From: Candidatus Latescibacterota bacterium
GTDB lineage: Bacteria > Latescibacterota > UBA2968 > UBA8231
Direction: 5' to 3'
DNA length: 64,000 nucleotides
Assembly: GCA_965203175.1 (NCBI GenBank)
Contig: OZ241867.1
Location: forward strand, 6,368,001-6,432,000
The translations under genes and the position numbers were made by a program. Below are positions 55,935 to 64,000 of the stretch, piece by piece; within the stretch, counting starts at the first letter, position 1, and each line of letters starts with the position of its first letter. A model generated the notes under the pieces. The model worked only from the letters and a program-made list of their open reading frames with translations. It did not search any database and was not told where the DNA came from.

Positions 55935-57164
55935 CTACCCCGTTCTGATCTCGTCCAGTGCCGCGACCATGCGGTCGATTTCGCCAAAGTTATTGTAGAT
56001 ATGGGTGGAAACCCGCTGGGTGTAGCCCGGCTCGGCCTCGCCCCAAACCGGGGTCGTGATCCGGTATCTATCATAGAGGAGCTGTCCGGGATTGTCGGCA
56101 CCAAAGCCTTTGAGCCGAAACGTGGAAATCGAATTGGCGAGATCCGGATGCGGCGAGGAAAGCGGTTCGACCCAGCCGGTTTCAGCCATGCGCTGGCGCA
56201 GATAGCCGGCTAACTGCCGCCCACGGGCGGCGATTCGCTCCTTGCCGATCTCATTTTGCAGGGCCACCGCTTCGGCCACTGCGCCGAAACAGGACAGATC
56301 GCGCGTGCCGATATTCGTTAGCTGCCACATAAAAGGCTGTCCATTAATACAGAGCGCCCCTGTATCATTGCGCTTGGGCCCGCCTTTATCATAGCCATGA
56401 CTAACGGCGATGTGGTGCAGCTTGTCCTGTACTTGCGGCTGGGCGTATAAAAATCCCGTGCCCTTGGGCGCGCAGAGCCACTTGTGACAATTGCCGCCGT
56501 AAAAATCGCAGCCGTAGTAGGTCAAATCCAGCGGGATCTGTCCAGGGGCATGTGCCCCGTCTACGGCGATCATCGCGCCGTGGGCGTGTGCCAACTCGGC
56601 CAGCTCTTTGATCGGAGTAATGAGCCCAGAGGGCGACGTCACGTGACTGACCAATAACAGCCGCGTCCGCGCGGTCAGTCCCCGGCGGAAAGACTCCGCG
56701 ATTTGCTCGGGCTCTGCGGGCGGAATAGCGATCGGTGCTCGCCGCACCACAACGCCATAGCGGCGCTCGGCGTGGTACAGGCAGTTGTCGATGGCACCGT
56801 ATTCTTGGTCGGAAGCCAGAATCTCGTCGCCGGGCTGCCAATCGAGGCCGAGGACGACTTGGTTGATGGCGATGGTGACATTGGTCGTGAAAGCCAAGTC
56901 GGCAGGTGCGGCGTTGAGAAAGGTCCCTAGGTCGCGTCGCGCTTGGTTCATGCGCTTAAACAGTCGGGCGCGGTTGCGCGTCGGATTGCCCTCCAACTCT
57001 TCCAAGCCCCTGACTAAAGCGTCGAAAACCGAGCGGTGCAACACGCCCCAAGAACCAGTGTTGAGATAGGACTCGTCAGACGCCTGCATAAATCCAGCGG
57101 CAATATCCCGCCAGTAGGCTTCTTCTTTATTGGTGGTCGGCCAAGCTTTTTTTGAATCGGACAA
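55935..57164 (-). CDS. Class V PLP-dependent aminotransferase (isopenicillin N epimerase-like)
   Basis: YLNTGSWG, DGAH, GNCHKWLCAPKG and RVSTHIYN. Confidence 0.87.
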   Translation of the reverse strand: MSDSKKAWPTTNKEEAYWRDIAAGFMQASDESYLNTGSWGVLHRSVFDALVRGLEELEGNPTRNRARLFKRMNQARRDLGTFLNAAPADLAFTTNVTIAINQVVLGLDWQPGDEILASDQEYGAIDNCLYHAERRYGVVVRRAPIAIPPAEPEQIAESFRRGLTARTRLLLVSHVTSPSGLITPIKELAELAHAHGAMIAVDGAHAPGQIPLDLTYYGCDFYGGNCHKWLCAPKGTGFLYAQPQVQDKLHHIAVSHGYDKGGPKRNDTGALCINGQPFMWQLTNIGTRDLSCFGAVAEAVALQNEIGKERIAARGRQLAGYLRQRMAETGWVEPLSSPHPDLANSISTFRLKGFGADNPGQLLYDRYRITTPVWGEAEPGYTQRVSTHIYNNFGEIDRMVAALDEIRTG

Positions 57165-57340
57165 GGGCTGCTCCCAGTGTTAAACATTCATGGCAGATTT
57201 TTGCATCGCGGCTGTATGTCCTATTATATTTCACCGCGACCGCGCACGGCGACCGTCGCGCCGGCCCAATAAAGCTACACTGTGTGCGGGCGGTCCAGCT
57301 TCGCGTGCAGGATCCTTCCTACGACCAACCGCTACTACAC

Positions 57341-58381
57341 ATGCCGCCAGCTTTAGCCACCGACACTACCCCGCTGTTGGCCACCGTCGGCCTGACCAAA
57401 CACTTCGCCATCCGCAAAAGCCGCTGGGGGCGAACCACCGGCCAAGTGCGGGCCGTCGACGACGTGTCGCTAGCCGTCCACAAGGGCGAAACCCTCGGCA
57501 TCGTCGGCGAAAGCGGGTGTGGTAAAACCACCCTCGGACGCTTGATCCTGCGCTTGATCGAACCCACCGCCGGCCAAGTGCATTTCGCCGGTGTCGACAT
57601 CAGTCGCCTCTCCGGTGCGCCCATGCGCGCTATTCGCCGCCAAATGCAGGTAATCTTCCAAGATCCCTACAGCTCGCTAAACCCACGACTGACAGTACAC
57701 AAGATCATCGCCCAAGGCATCACGACCCATCATCTCGCACGCGGTAAAGAGGTCGCTGCCCGAGTGGCGCAATTGCTGGAGATGGTCGGCTTGCCCGCTG
57801 GGGCTGCCCGTCGATACCCGCACGAATTCTCCGGTGGTCAGCGCCAGCGCATCGGCATCGCTCGCGCCCTAGCGGTCGAGCCGCGCTTTATCGTCGCCGA
57901 CGAACCAGTCTCTGCTCTCGACGTCTCGGTCCAAGCCCAGATCGTCAACCTGCTGCAGGACATCCAAGCCGACATGGGGTTGACCTATATGTTTATCGCC
58001 CACGATCTCAGCGTCGTGCGCCACATTGCCGACCGGGTCGCCGTAATGTATCTGGGCAAGATCGTCGAATTGGCCCCCAAAGAAGCGCTCTACGACGCGC
58101 CCTTACATCCCTATACCCAAGCCCTGCTTGCGGCGGTGCCCGTCCCCAATCCCCAAAAGCAGCGGGCGAGAGTCCTCCTCGACAGTGACGCGCCCGATCC
58201 GACCGCGACCCCCACTGGCTGTCCGTTTCACCCCCGTTGCGCCGAGCGCCAAGCACAATGCGAAACGACCACTCCGCAACTAACCACTATCGGCGCTGGA
58301 CGCCAAGTCGCCTGTTTGCTGCGCCAGCCTAGTGCTCCAGTGCCGACCGCCAATCCACCAGCAAAGGAAAAACAACATTAA
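57341..58381 (+). CDS. oppF: Oligopeptide/dipeptide ABC transporter ATP-binding protein
   Basis: GESGCGKT, FSGGQRQR, DEPVSALDVS, HPYT and GCPFHPRC. Confidence 0.9.
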   Translation: MPPALATDTTPLLATVGLTKHFAIRKSRWGRTTGQVRAVDDVSLAVHKGETLGIVGESGCGKTTLGRLILRLIEPTAGQVHFAGVDISRLSGAPMRAIRRQMQVIFQDPYSSLNPRLTVHKIIAQGITTHHLARGKEVAARVAQLLEMVGLPAGAARRYPHEFSGGQRQRIGIARALAVEPRFIVADEPVSALDVSVQAQIVNLLQDIQADMGLTYMFIAHDLSVVRHIADRVAVMYLGKIVELAPKEALYDAPLHPYTQALLAAVPVPNPQKQRARVLLDSDAPDPTATPTGCPFHPRCAERQAQCETTTPQLTTIGAGRQVACLLRQPSAPVPTANPPAKEKQH

Positions 58382-60068
58382 AACCTCCATTCCGCTATTG
58401 ATCGCTATTCTCGCGCTTTTCATTCGCTCCGGCAGCGCCCAAGAAAAGACCATCCTTGGCTTCGACTTGCCGCCCGACGCGCTACCCTATGACCAGCAGG
58501 TGTACCGCATCCCCTGCAGCAATACCGCCAATTCGATCACCTTCGACTTTTCTGTCAGCGTCTATCAGCCCTATTGCGGGGCCGATCTCTTCAACGATCC
58601 GTTGATCACTTTCGACAAGGCACAAAATCCCCAACCCGGTGCCGCCGAAAGTTGGTCGGTCGCCGCCGACGGAGTAACGTGGACCTTTGTTTTACGCGAG
58701 GGCCTAATGTGGAGCGACGGCACCCCTGTCACCGCCCACGACTACGTCGCCACCTTCCGCCTCAGCGCCAGCCCCGATCACGCTTGGGATTTCGCCTGGT
58801 ACTACACCTTCGTCGACAAGGGTGGGATCAAAAACTGGGACGAGGTCATCGCCGGAAATCTACCCGTCGAAGCATTGGGGGTCCGCGCCGTGGACGACCG
58901 CACCCTTGAGATTGTGACCAAGGGCGTGTTTCCGCCGCTGCCCAAGATCATGAAATACGCCTTTACGCTACAGAAGAAGGCCCTAGAGACGCACGGCCCC
59001 TACTACAACAACGACCCGGCCACCTCGGTCTCGTCCGGCCCCTTTATGCTGGAGTCTTTCGATCACGGTTTCAAAGTGGTTTTCAAGGCCAATCCACACT
59101 ACAGAGGCTACCGGCCGCCGAGGTTGGCGCGGATAGAGGGAATCTATCTGTCGCCAGCGACCTATTTTATCGCCTATCTCAACAACGAAATTGACACCTT
59201 AAACTTCAACGCCTTGTCGCCAGCTGATTTCGCCACCATCCAGCGCGACCCCGAGCTGCAGGCCAACTACCTGCGCCCCGGTTTGATCGGCACCGACTAT
59301 GTCTTCTTCGACGCGCATAGCCCTCCCTTCGACGACATCCATGTGCGCAAGGCCTTCGCCCACGCCATCGATCGCGAGGCCATCGTCAAGGGCGTCTACG
59401 GCGAGATCAAGGCCACGCCTGCCCATTCCATGCTCATGCCTGGCTTTCCCTCCGCTGATGTCGAGGGTCAACTTGCCCACTACCAGCGCTTCGACTGTGG
59501 CCTAGCGAAGGAACACCTAGCCCAAGCCGGCTTTCCCAACGGAGCCAGCTTCCCACCGCAGGTGATGTGGTTGCGCAACGAAAATCCCGGTATTGCCTCA
59601 GTCTATCAAGCGGCCGCTGCCTCGATCTCGCAGTGTTTGGGCGTCTCGATCCAAGTCTCGAATAAAGACAACAAAGTCTTTATGGACGCCCTACACGAGC
59701 GACCCACTGGCATTGCACTGGGGGCTGTCGCCTATAGCATCGACTTTGCCGACCCCATCAACCTGCTTGGCATCTGGGTCAGCAGCGGTCGCCACTCTTG
59801 GCGCAACCAACGCTTCGATGCCATCCTAGATGAGGCCAGCAACTTAATGGGCGACCCCCAGCGCCGCGACCAGCTCTTCCGCGACGCCGAGCGGATCCTC
59901 GTCGACGATGTCGGCGGAGCCTTTATCGCCCACCGCTGGGCCGGCGACCTGTTCCGGCCCACGGTGCGCGGTGCCAGCATCCGCGAGCCGGGGCCTGAGG
60001 GCACCTACGGCAAACACTCCGGCAACGACTGGCTGTGGGGCGATCTATACATTGGCGCAGCGCAATAA
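58377..60068 (+). CDS. oppA: Peptide ABC transporter substrate-binding protein
   Basis: SBP_bac_5 signature AESWSV..DG.TWTF.LR.G..WSDG.PVTAHD; start codon uncertain (ATT after AGGA). Confidence 0.85.
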   Translation: MKTSIPLLIAILALFIRSGSAQEKTILGFDLPPDALPYDQQVYRIPCSNTANSITFDFSVSVYQPYCGADLFNDPLITFDKAQNPQPGAAESWSVAADGVTWTFVLREGLMWSDGTPVTAHDYVATFRLSASPDHAWDFAWYYTFVDKGGIKNWDEVIAGNLPVEALGVRAVDDRTLEIVTKGVFPPLPKIMKYAFTLQKKALETHGPYYNNDPATSVSSGPFMLESFDHGFKVVFKANPHYRGYRPPRLARIEGIYLSPATYFIAYLNNEIDTLNFNALSPADFATIQRDPELQANYLRPGLIGTDYVFFDAHSPPFDDIHVRKAFAHAIDREAIVKGVYGEIKATPAHSMLMPGFPSADVEGQLAHYQRFDCGLAKEHLAQAGFPNGASFPPQVMWLRNENPGIASVYQAAAASISQCLGVSIQVSNKDNKVFMDALHERPTGIALGAVAYSIDFADPINLLGIWVSSGRHSWRNQRFDAILDEASNLMGDPQRRDQLFRDAERILVDDVGGAFIAHRWAGDLFRPTVRGASIREPGPEGTYGKHSGNDWLWGDLYIGAAQ

Positions 60069-60112
60069 TGACCGGCGACCACTGCCAAAGAGCGCACCCC
60101 AGGCCGTAGGCG

Positions 60113-61078
60113 ATGCTTTTCTATCTGGCCCGCCGCCTGATCGCCCTAGCCTTTGTGCTGCTGGCAGTGTCGATGATCGTTTTCGCCTTGATGCACTCGG
60201 TGCCAGGCGGCCCCTTCGACACCCAACAGGCTAAGCTGCCCAAGGCTGCACGCGAGAATATTGAGCGCAAATATGGCCTCGACAAACCCGTCTGGCAGCA
60301 ATACCTCAACTACATGAGCCACGCGGTTCGCTTCGACTTCGGCATCCCCTATCAGCAGCCACAGACCACAGTCGCCGCACTAATAGGCAAGACCTGGATT
60401 GTCACTGTGCAAGTCGGCGTGATGACAATCCTCGTGGCCTTTAGCTGTGGGATAGCCGCCGGCATGTTGGCTGCCTACCACCAGAACAGTTGGCTTGACA
60501 ATATTGTGACCTTTGGCGCCATGCTCGGCGTCACCGTGCCCAATTTCGTAGTGGCGATGTGGTTTATCTTGTTTTTCGGGGTGGCACGGCAGTGGCTGCC
60601 CACCGGCGGCTGGAGCAATTCCGGCGCCTGCCTCTATGGCAACATGCTGTGCTCGGACTGGATTCTGCCGGTTTTGGCCTACGCAATGGCACCGATGGCG
60701 ATCATTGCTCGCTACACCCGTGCCAGCATCGTCGATGTCATTGGCGAGGACTACGTGCGCACCGCTCGGGCCAAGGGCCTGAGTGAAGCCAAGGTCATGC
60801 GGCGCCACGTGCTGCGCAACGCGCAGATCCCGATGGTCACTGCGCTGGGCACCGAAATACCCAATCTCATCACCGGCAGCATCTTCATCGAGAGCATCTT
60901 CCGCATCAATGGCCTCGGTAAGTTCTTCGTCACCAGCACCCTCAACCGCGACTACCCGATGATCATGGCTACCTTCTTGCTGGTGGCGCTATTGTGGGGC
61001 ATCACCTATATGCTGACTGATATCGCCTATACCCTCATCGACCCGCGCGTCAAACTCGGCGACAAAAAAGAGGCCTGA
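60113..61078 (+). CDS. oppB: Peptide ABC transporter permease
   Basis: PGGPF, YGLDKP and the EAA loop DYVRTARAKGLSE. Confidence 0.92.
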   Translation: MLFYLARRLIALAFVLLAVSMIVFALMHSVPGGPFDTQQAKLPKAARENIERKYGLDKPVWQQYLNYMSHAVRFDFGIPYQQPQTTVAALIGKTWIVTVQVGVMTILVAFSCGIAAGMLAAYHQNSWLDNIVTFGAMLGVTVPNFVVAMWFILFFGVARQWLPTGGWSNSGACLYGNMLCSDWILPVLAYAMAPMAIIARYTRASIVDVIGEDYVRTARAKGLSEAKVMRRHVLRNAQIPMVTALGTEIPNLITGSIFIESIFRINGLGKFFVTSTLNRDYPMIMATFLLVALLWGITYMLTDIAYTLIDPRVKLGDKKEA

Positions 61079-61965
61079 TGACCGAATCCCTCGCCGGTGA
61101 AATCGGCAGCGTCCACCGCTCCTTTTGGGCCGACGCCCGACGGCGTTTTGTGCGCAACCGCCTCGCCGTCACCGGACTGGCCATTGTCTCTGGAATTTCT
61201 TTTTTGGCGATCTTCGCCGATTTTCTCGCGCCCTTCCCCTACGACCACGCCTATTTCGACAAGGTTTTGCTCGCGCCTTTGCAACACCCGGATCACCTGC
61301 TGGGCACCGACGAGGTTGGACGCGACTATCTCAGCCGCCTAATCTACGGTGCCCGCACCTCGCTAATCGTTAGTCTGCTAGTTCAGGCCCTCGCCGTGTT
61401 GATCGGGGTGCCGGTCGGTGCCCTCGCTGGCTATTTCGGCGGGCGGGTCGATTTTGTCGTCACCCGCATTATCGACGTGATGACCGCCTTTCCCAGCTTG
61501 CTTTTTGCCATCCTCATCATCTCGGTCCTCGAAGGCGGCTTGACGACCATTATCATCGCCTTGAGCATCACCGGCTGGATCGGCATCGCCCGGCTGACGC
61601 GGGCACAATTTTTGGCCCTGCGCGAGCAAGAATACGCCCTAGCGGCAAGGGCGCTGGGTGTGCCGACGCGCAAAATCATCTTCCGCGACTTACTGCTCAA
61701 CGCGCTGACCCCGATCTTGGTCGCCGTCAGTTTCGGCATTCCAAGCACCATCTTCGCCGAAGCGGGTTTGAGCTTTATCGGTCTGGGGATCAACGACCCG
61801 ATGGCCAGTTGGGGCAAGATGGTCGGCGTTTCCAACGCCTATGTCCGCATCTACTGGCACCTAGCGCTATTCCCGACCATCGCCATCGCCCTGACCATGC
61901 TGGGCTTTTCATTTCTAGGCGACGGTCTGCGCGATGCGCTGGACCCCAAATACGATCGTCCATAG
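61078..61965 (+). CDS. oppC: Peptide ABC transporter permease
   Basis: HLLGTDEVGRD, EYALAARALG and GDGLRDALDP. Confidence 0.92.
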   Translation: MTESLAGEIGSVHRSFWADARRRFVRNRLAVTGLAIVSGISFLAIFADFLAPFPYDHAYFDKVLLAPLQHPDHLLGTDEVGRDYLSRLIYGARTSLIVSLLVQALAVLIGVPVGALAGYFGGRVDFVVTRIIDVMTAFPSLLFAILIISVLEGGLTTIIIALSITGWIGIARLTRAQFLALREQEYALAARALGVPTRKIIFRDLLLNALTPILVAVSFGIPSTIFAEAGLSFIGLGINDPMASWGKMVGVSNAYVRIYWHLALFPTIAIALTMLGFSFLGDGLRDALDPKYDRP

Positions 61966-62016
61966 AGGTGATTTTCTCAATCTCACCGCTATCACTGTTC
62001 TCAGCGCATTACAGCC

Positions 62017-62961
62017 TCAATACCCCTTGCGCTTGTCGATCACGCTCACCAACGCCTCCCCCGCCAAGTAGCGCCGCAAATTATCGCAAAACAACGCCAC
62101 GCAACGACTATCGCGGTTGGGCGATCCCCCAGCCGTATGCGGCGTAATCAGCACATTGTCCATCCGCCACAGCGGGTGATCCTCGGGCAGGGGTTCCTGC
62201 GGCACCACATCCAATCCCGCCCCGCCGATCTGCCCTTCGGCAAGCGCCGCTAGCAGGGCCTGCTCATCGACGATCCGTCCCCGCGTGACATTGATCAACA
62301 GCGCGTGGCTCCGCATCCGCGCAAACGCCTCTTGGTCGAACAACCCCTCAGTCTCCGCAGTCAGCGGCGCGCAGACCGCCACCACGTCGGATTGTTCCAA
62401 CAGCGCGTGAAACTGATCCATCCCCCAGCAGGCTTCTACTGCTTCCGGCACTTCAACCTCTTCTGGATCCACTGCGATAATTCGCATCCCAAACGCGCTC
62501 GCCCGCTGCGCCAACTCCCTCCCCGTCCCCCCCAATCCCACAATGCCCATCGTCTGCTCAACCAATTCCCACGACGCAGCGCGAATCGGCCAGCGCCGCT
62601 CCCAGTCCGGATAGCGCACGGCCGTGTGAATCCCCCGCGTCAGCCCGAGCAACAACGCCATCGCATGTTCGGCCAGATGCACTCCCACCCATCCCTTGGC
62701 GCTGCACAACACCACATCGCTCTCGACCAGTTCGGGATGCAGCACTCCATCTACCCCCGCTCCCCAACTCTGCATCCACTTGAGCTTTTGCCGCCGCGCG
62801 AACATCTCCCGGCTGATGTGCCCGCAGACGACCTCGATCTCCGGCATAACTTCCAAGGCCGCCGCATCCGAATCTACGCACACCACTTCCACTTCTTCGG
62901 CTACCTGCCGAATCTCCTCTATCAACTCCTCAGCTAAATCCATCTGCATCAAGACTTTCAT
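62017..62961 (-). CDS. D-2-hydroxyacid dehydrogenase family protein
   Basis: GIVGLGGTG, INVTRG, LDV..EPLP and TPHTAG; ATG at 62961 after a GGAAGGAG RBS. Confidence 0.9.
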   Translation of the reverse strand: MKVLMQMDLAEELIEEIRQVAEEVEVVCVDSDAAALEVMPEIEVVCGHISREMFARRQKLKWMQSWGAGVDGVLHPELVESDVVLCSAKGWVGVHLAEHAMALLLGLTRGIHTAVRYPDWERRWPIRAASWELVEQTMGIVGLGGTGRELAQRASAFGMRIIAVDPEEVEVPEAVEACWGMDQFHALLEQSDVVAVCAPLTAETEGLFDQEAFARMRSHALLINVTRGRIVDEQALLAALAEGQIGGAGLDVVPQEPLPEDHPLWRMDNVLITPHTAGGSPNRDSRCVALFCDNLRRYLAGEALVSVIDKRKGY

Positions 62962-63048
62962 ATTCCTCTCCTTCCCTTGCGATTGTCTGTCCTCGGTGGT
63001 AGACCCTATTATTTGTTTTTCCAATTCCATCAACCACGGAAGCAGGTC

Positions 63049-64000
63049 ATGCAAAATCACATCGTCAAGACCCACCCAGACGGTACTGTCCTCCCGCGCG
63101 AAGAGCAATTGGCTTGGAAGCTAGCCCAGCTCGCCGCCCACAACCAAACGGCCGACGCAGAAGTCGTCGAGATGATCGGCAATCGCGTCATCGACAATGC
63201 CGCAGTCGCCCTAGCCGCTATCAACCGGCCACCAGTGCGCAACGCCCGCCTCCTCGCCCTCGGCTATCCCCATCCCCACAACAGCGGCGCTCGCCTCTTT
63301 GGCGTGGCCAACGACCGCAGCTTCCACTGCGAATGGGCTGCCCTCGCCAACGGCGTGGCTGTGCGCGAACTCGACATGCACGACACTTACCTCGCGGCCG
63401 ACTACTCGCATCCCGGCGACAACATCCCCGGCTTGCTCGCCGCCGCCCAGCAAACGGGGGCCGACGGTCATGCGCTGACCTTGGGCATACTCACGGCCTA
63501 CGAAGTGCAGATGGCGCTGGTAACGGGTATCTGTCTGCACGAGCATAAGATCGACCACGTCGCCCACCTCGCCCCGGCCGTGGCCGCCGGACTCGGAACC
63601 ATGCTGCAGATGCCAGCCGAGCAAATCTACCAAGCCATCAATCAGAGCCTGCACCTAGCCTGCGCCACCCGCCAGTCGCGCAAAGGGGACATCACCTCGT
63701 GGAAGGCCTACGCCCCAGCCCAAGCCAACAAGATCGCCATCGAGGCCGTGGGCCGGGTGCGCCTCGGCGAACGGGCACCGTCGCCCATCTACGAGGGCCG
63801 CGACGCCGTCATCGCCTGGATGCTGTCCGGGCCAGACGCCGAATACCGCATCCCCCTACCCGATCCCGGCGAGAACATGCGCGCCATCCTGCGCTCCTAC
63901 ACCAAGGAACACTCCGCCGAGTACCAAGCCCAAGCCCTGATCGACCTCGGCTTCCGGCTCCACGCCCATCGTATAGACTTAAACCAAGTAGAAGACGTAG
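63049..64000 (+). CDS. prpD: MmgE/PrpD family 2-methylcitrate dehydratase (truncated by the window end)
   Basis: MQNHIVKTH...RVIDNAAV...RELDMHDTYLAADYSHPGDNIP...KIDHVAHL...SWKAYAP; absent from the ORF track because there is no stop codon in the window. Confidence 0.85.
   Translation, partial: MQNHIVKTHPDGTVLPREEQLAWKLAQLAAHNQTADAEVVEMIGNRVIDNAAVALAAINRPPVRNARLLALGYPHPHNSGARLFGVANDRSFHCEWAALANGVAVRELDMHDTYLAADYSHPGDNIPGLLAAAQQTGADGHALTLGILTAYEVQMALVTGICLHEHKIDHVAHLAPAVAAGLGTMLQMPAEQIYQAINQSLHLACATRQSRKGDITSWKAYAPAQANKIAIEAVGRVRLGERAPSPIYEGRDAVIAWMLSGPDAEYRIPLPDPGENMRAILRSYTKEHSAEYQAQALIDLGFRLHAHRIDLNQVEDV

Noticed and set aside
42720-55935. R-M island as an integrative element or prophage
   Set aside because: No integrase, tRNA target or flanking att repeats were found by eye
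55935-57164. Beta-lactam biosynthesis (cefD)
   Set aside because: No ACV synthetase or IPNS genes; CefD-like class V enzymes are widespread

Overview
GC-rich bacterial window with about 50 genes and no rRNA, tRNA or CRISPR array that I could detect. By inference from gene style (FlgD-Ig C-terminal domains, a 'TAVE..TWGKIK' tail, ASPIC/UnbV proteins, many toxin-antitoxin modules) it resembles a Candidatus Latescibacterota or other FCB-group genome. From left to right: (1) 0-14.7 kb, catabolic and orphan enzymes plus vapBC. (2) 14.8-18.7 kb, an orphan antitoxin, an ECF sigma factor fused to a DNA polymerase III beta-clamp-like module, yefM-yoeB and an MFS pump. (3) 18.8-38 kb, a large secreted/surface protein cluster: a WGxIK-tail protein, a lipoprotein, three paralogous proteins with 'PNGDG' FlgD-Ig tails and a likely outer-membrane protein, facing a convergent TPR / ASPIC-UnbV / parvulin operon. 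(4) 38-42.7 kb, Tat-exported enzymes, a SigW-like ECF operon and a signal-peptide Rid protein. (5) 42.9-55.9 kb, a lower-GC type I restriction-modification island. In it HsdM is fused in-frame to an antitoxin-like tail next to a PIN toxin, hsdS is split by an intact IS1-family element with an 8-bp target duplication, and a HEPN-motif protein and an AAA ATPase lie between hsdS and hsdR. (6) 55.9-64 kb, a class V aminotransferase, an Opp transporter, a 2-hydroxyacid dehydrogenase and a partial prpD. The best candidates for novelty are the sigma/beta-clamp fusion, the HsdM-antitoxin/PIN 'guard' arrangement and the surface protein cluster. All family calls come from motif recognition by eye; no database searches were run.
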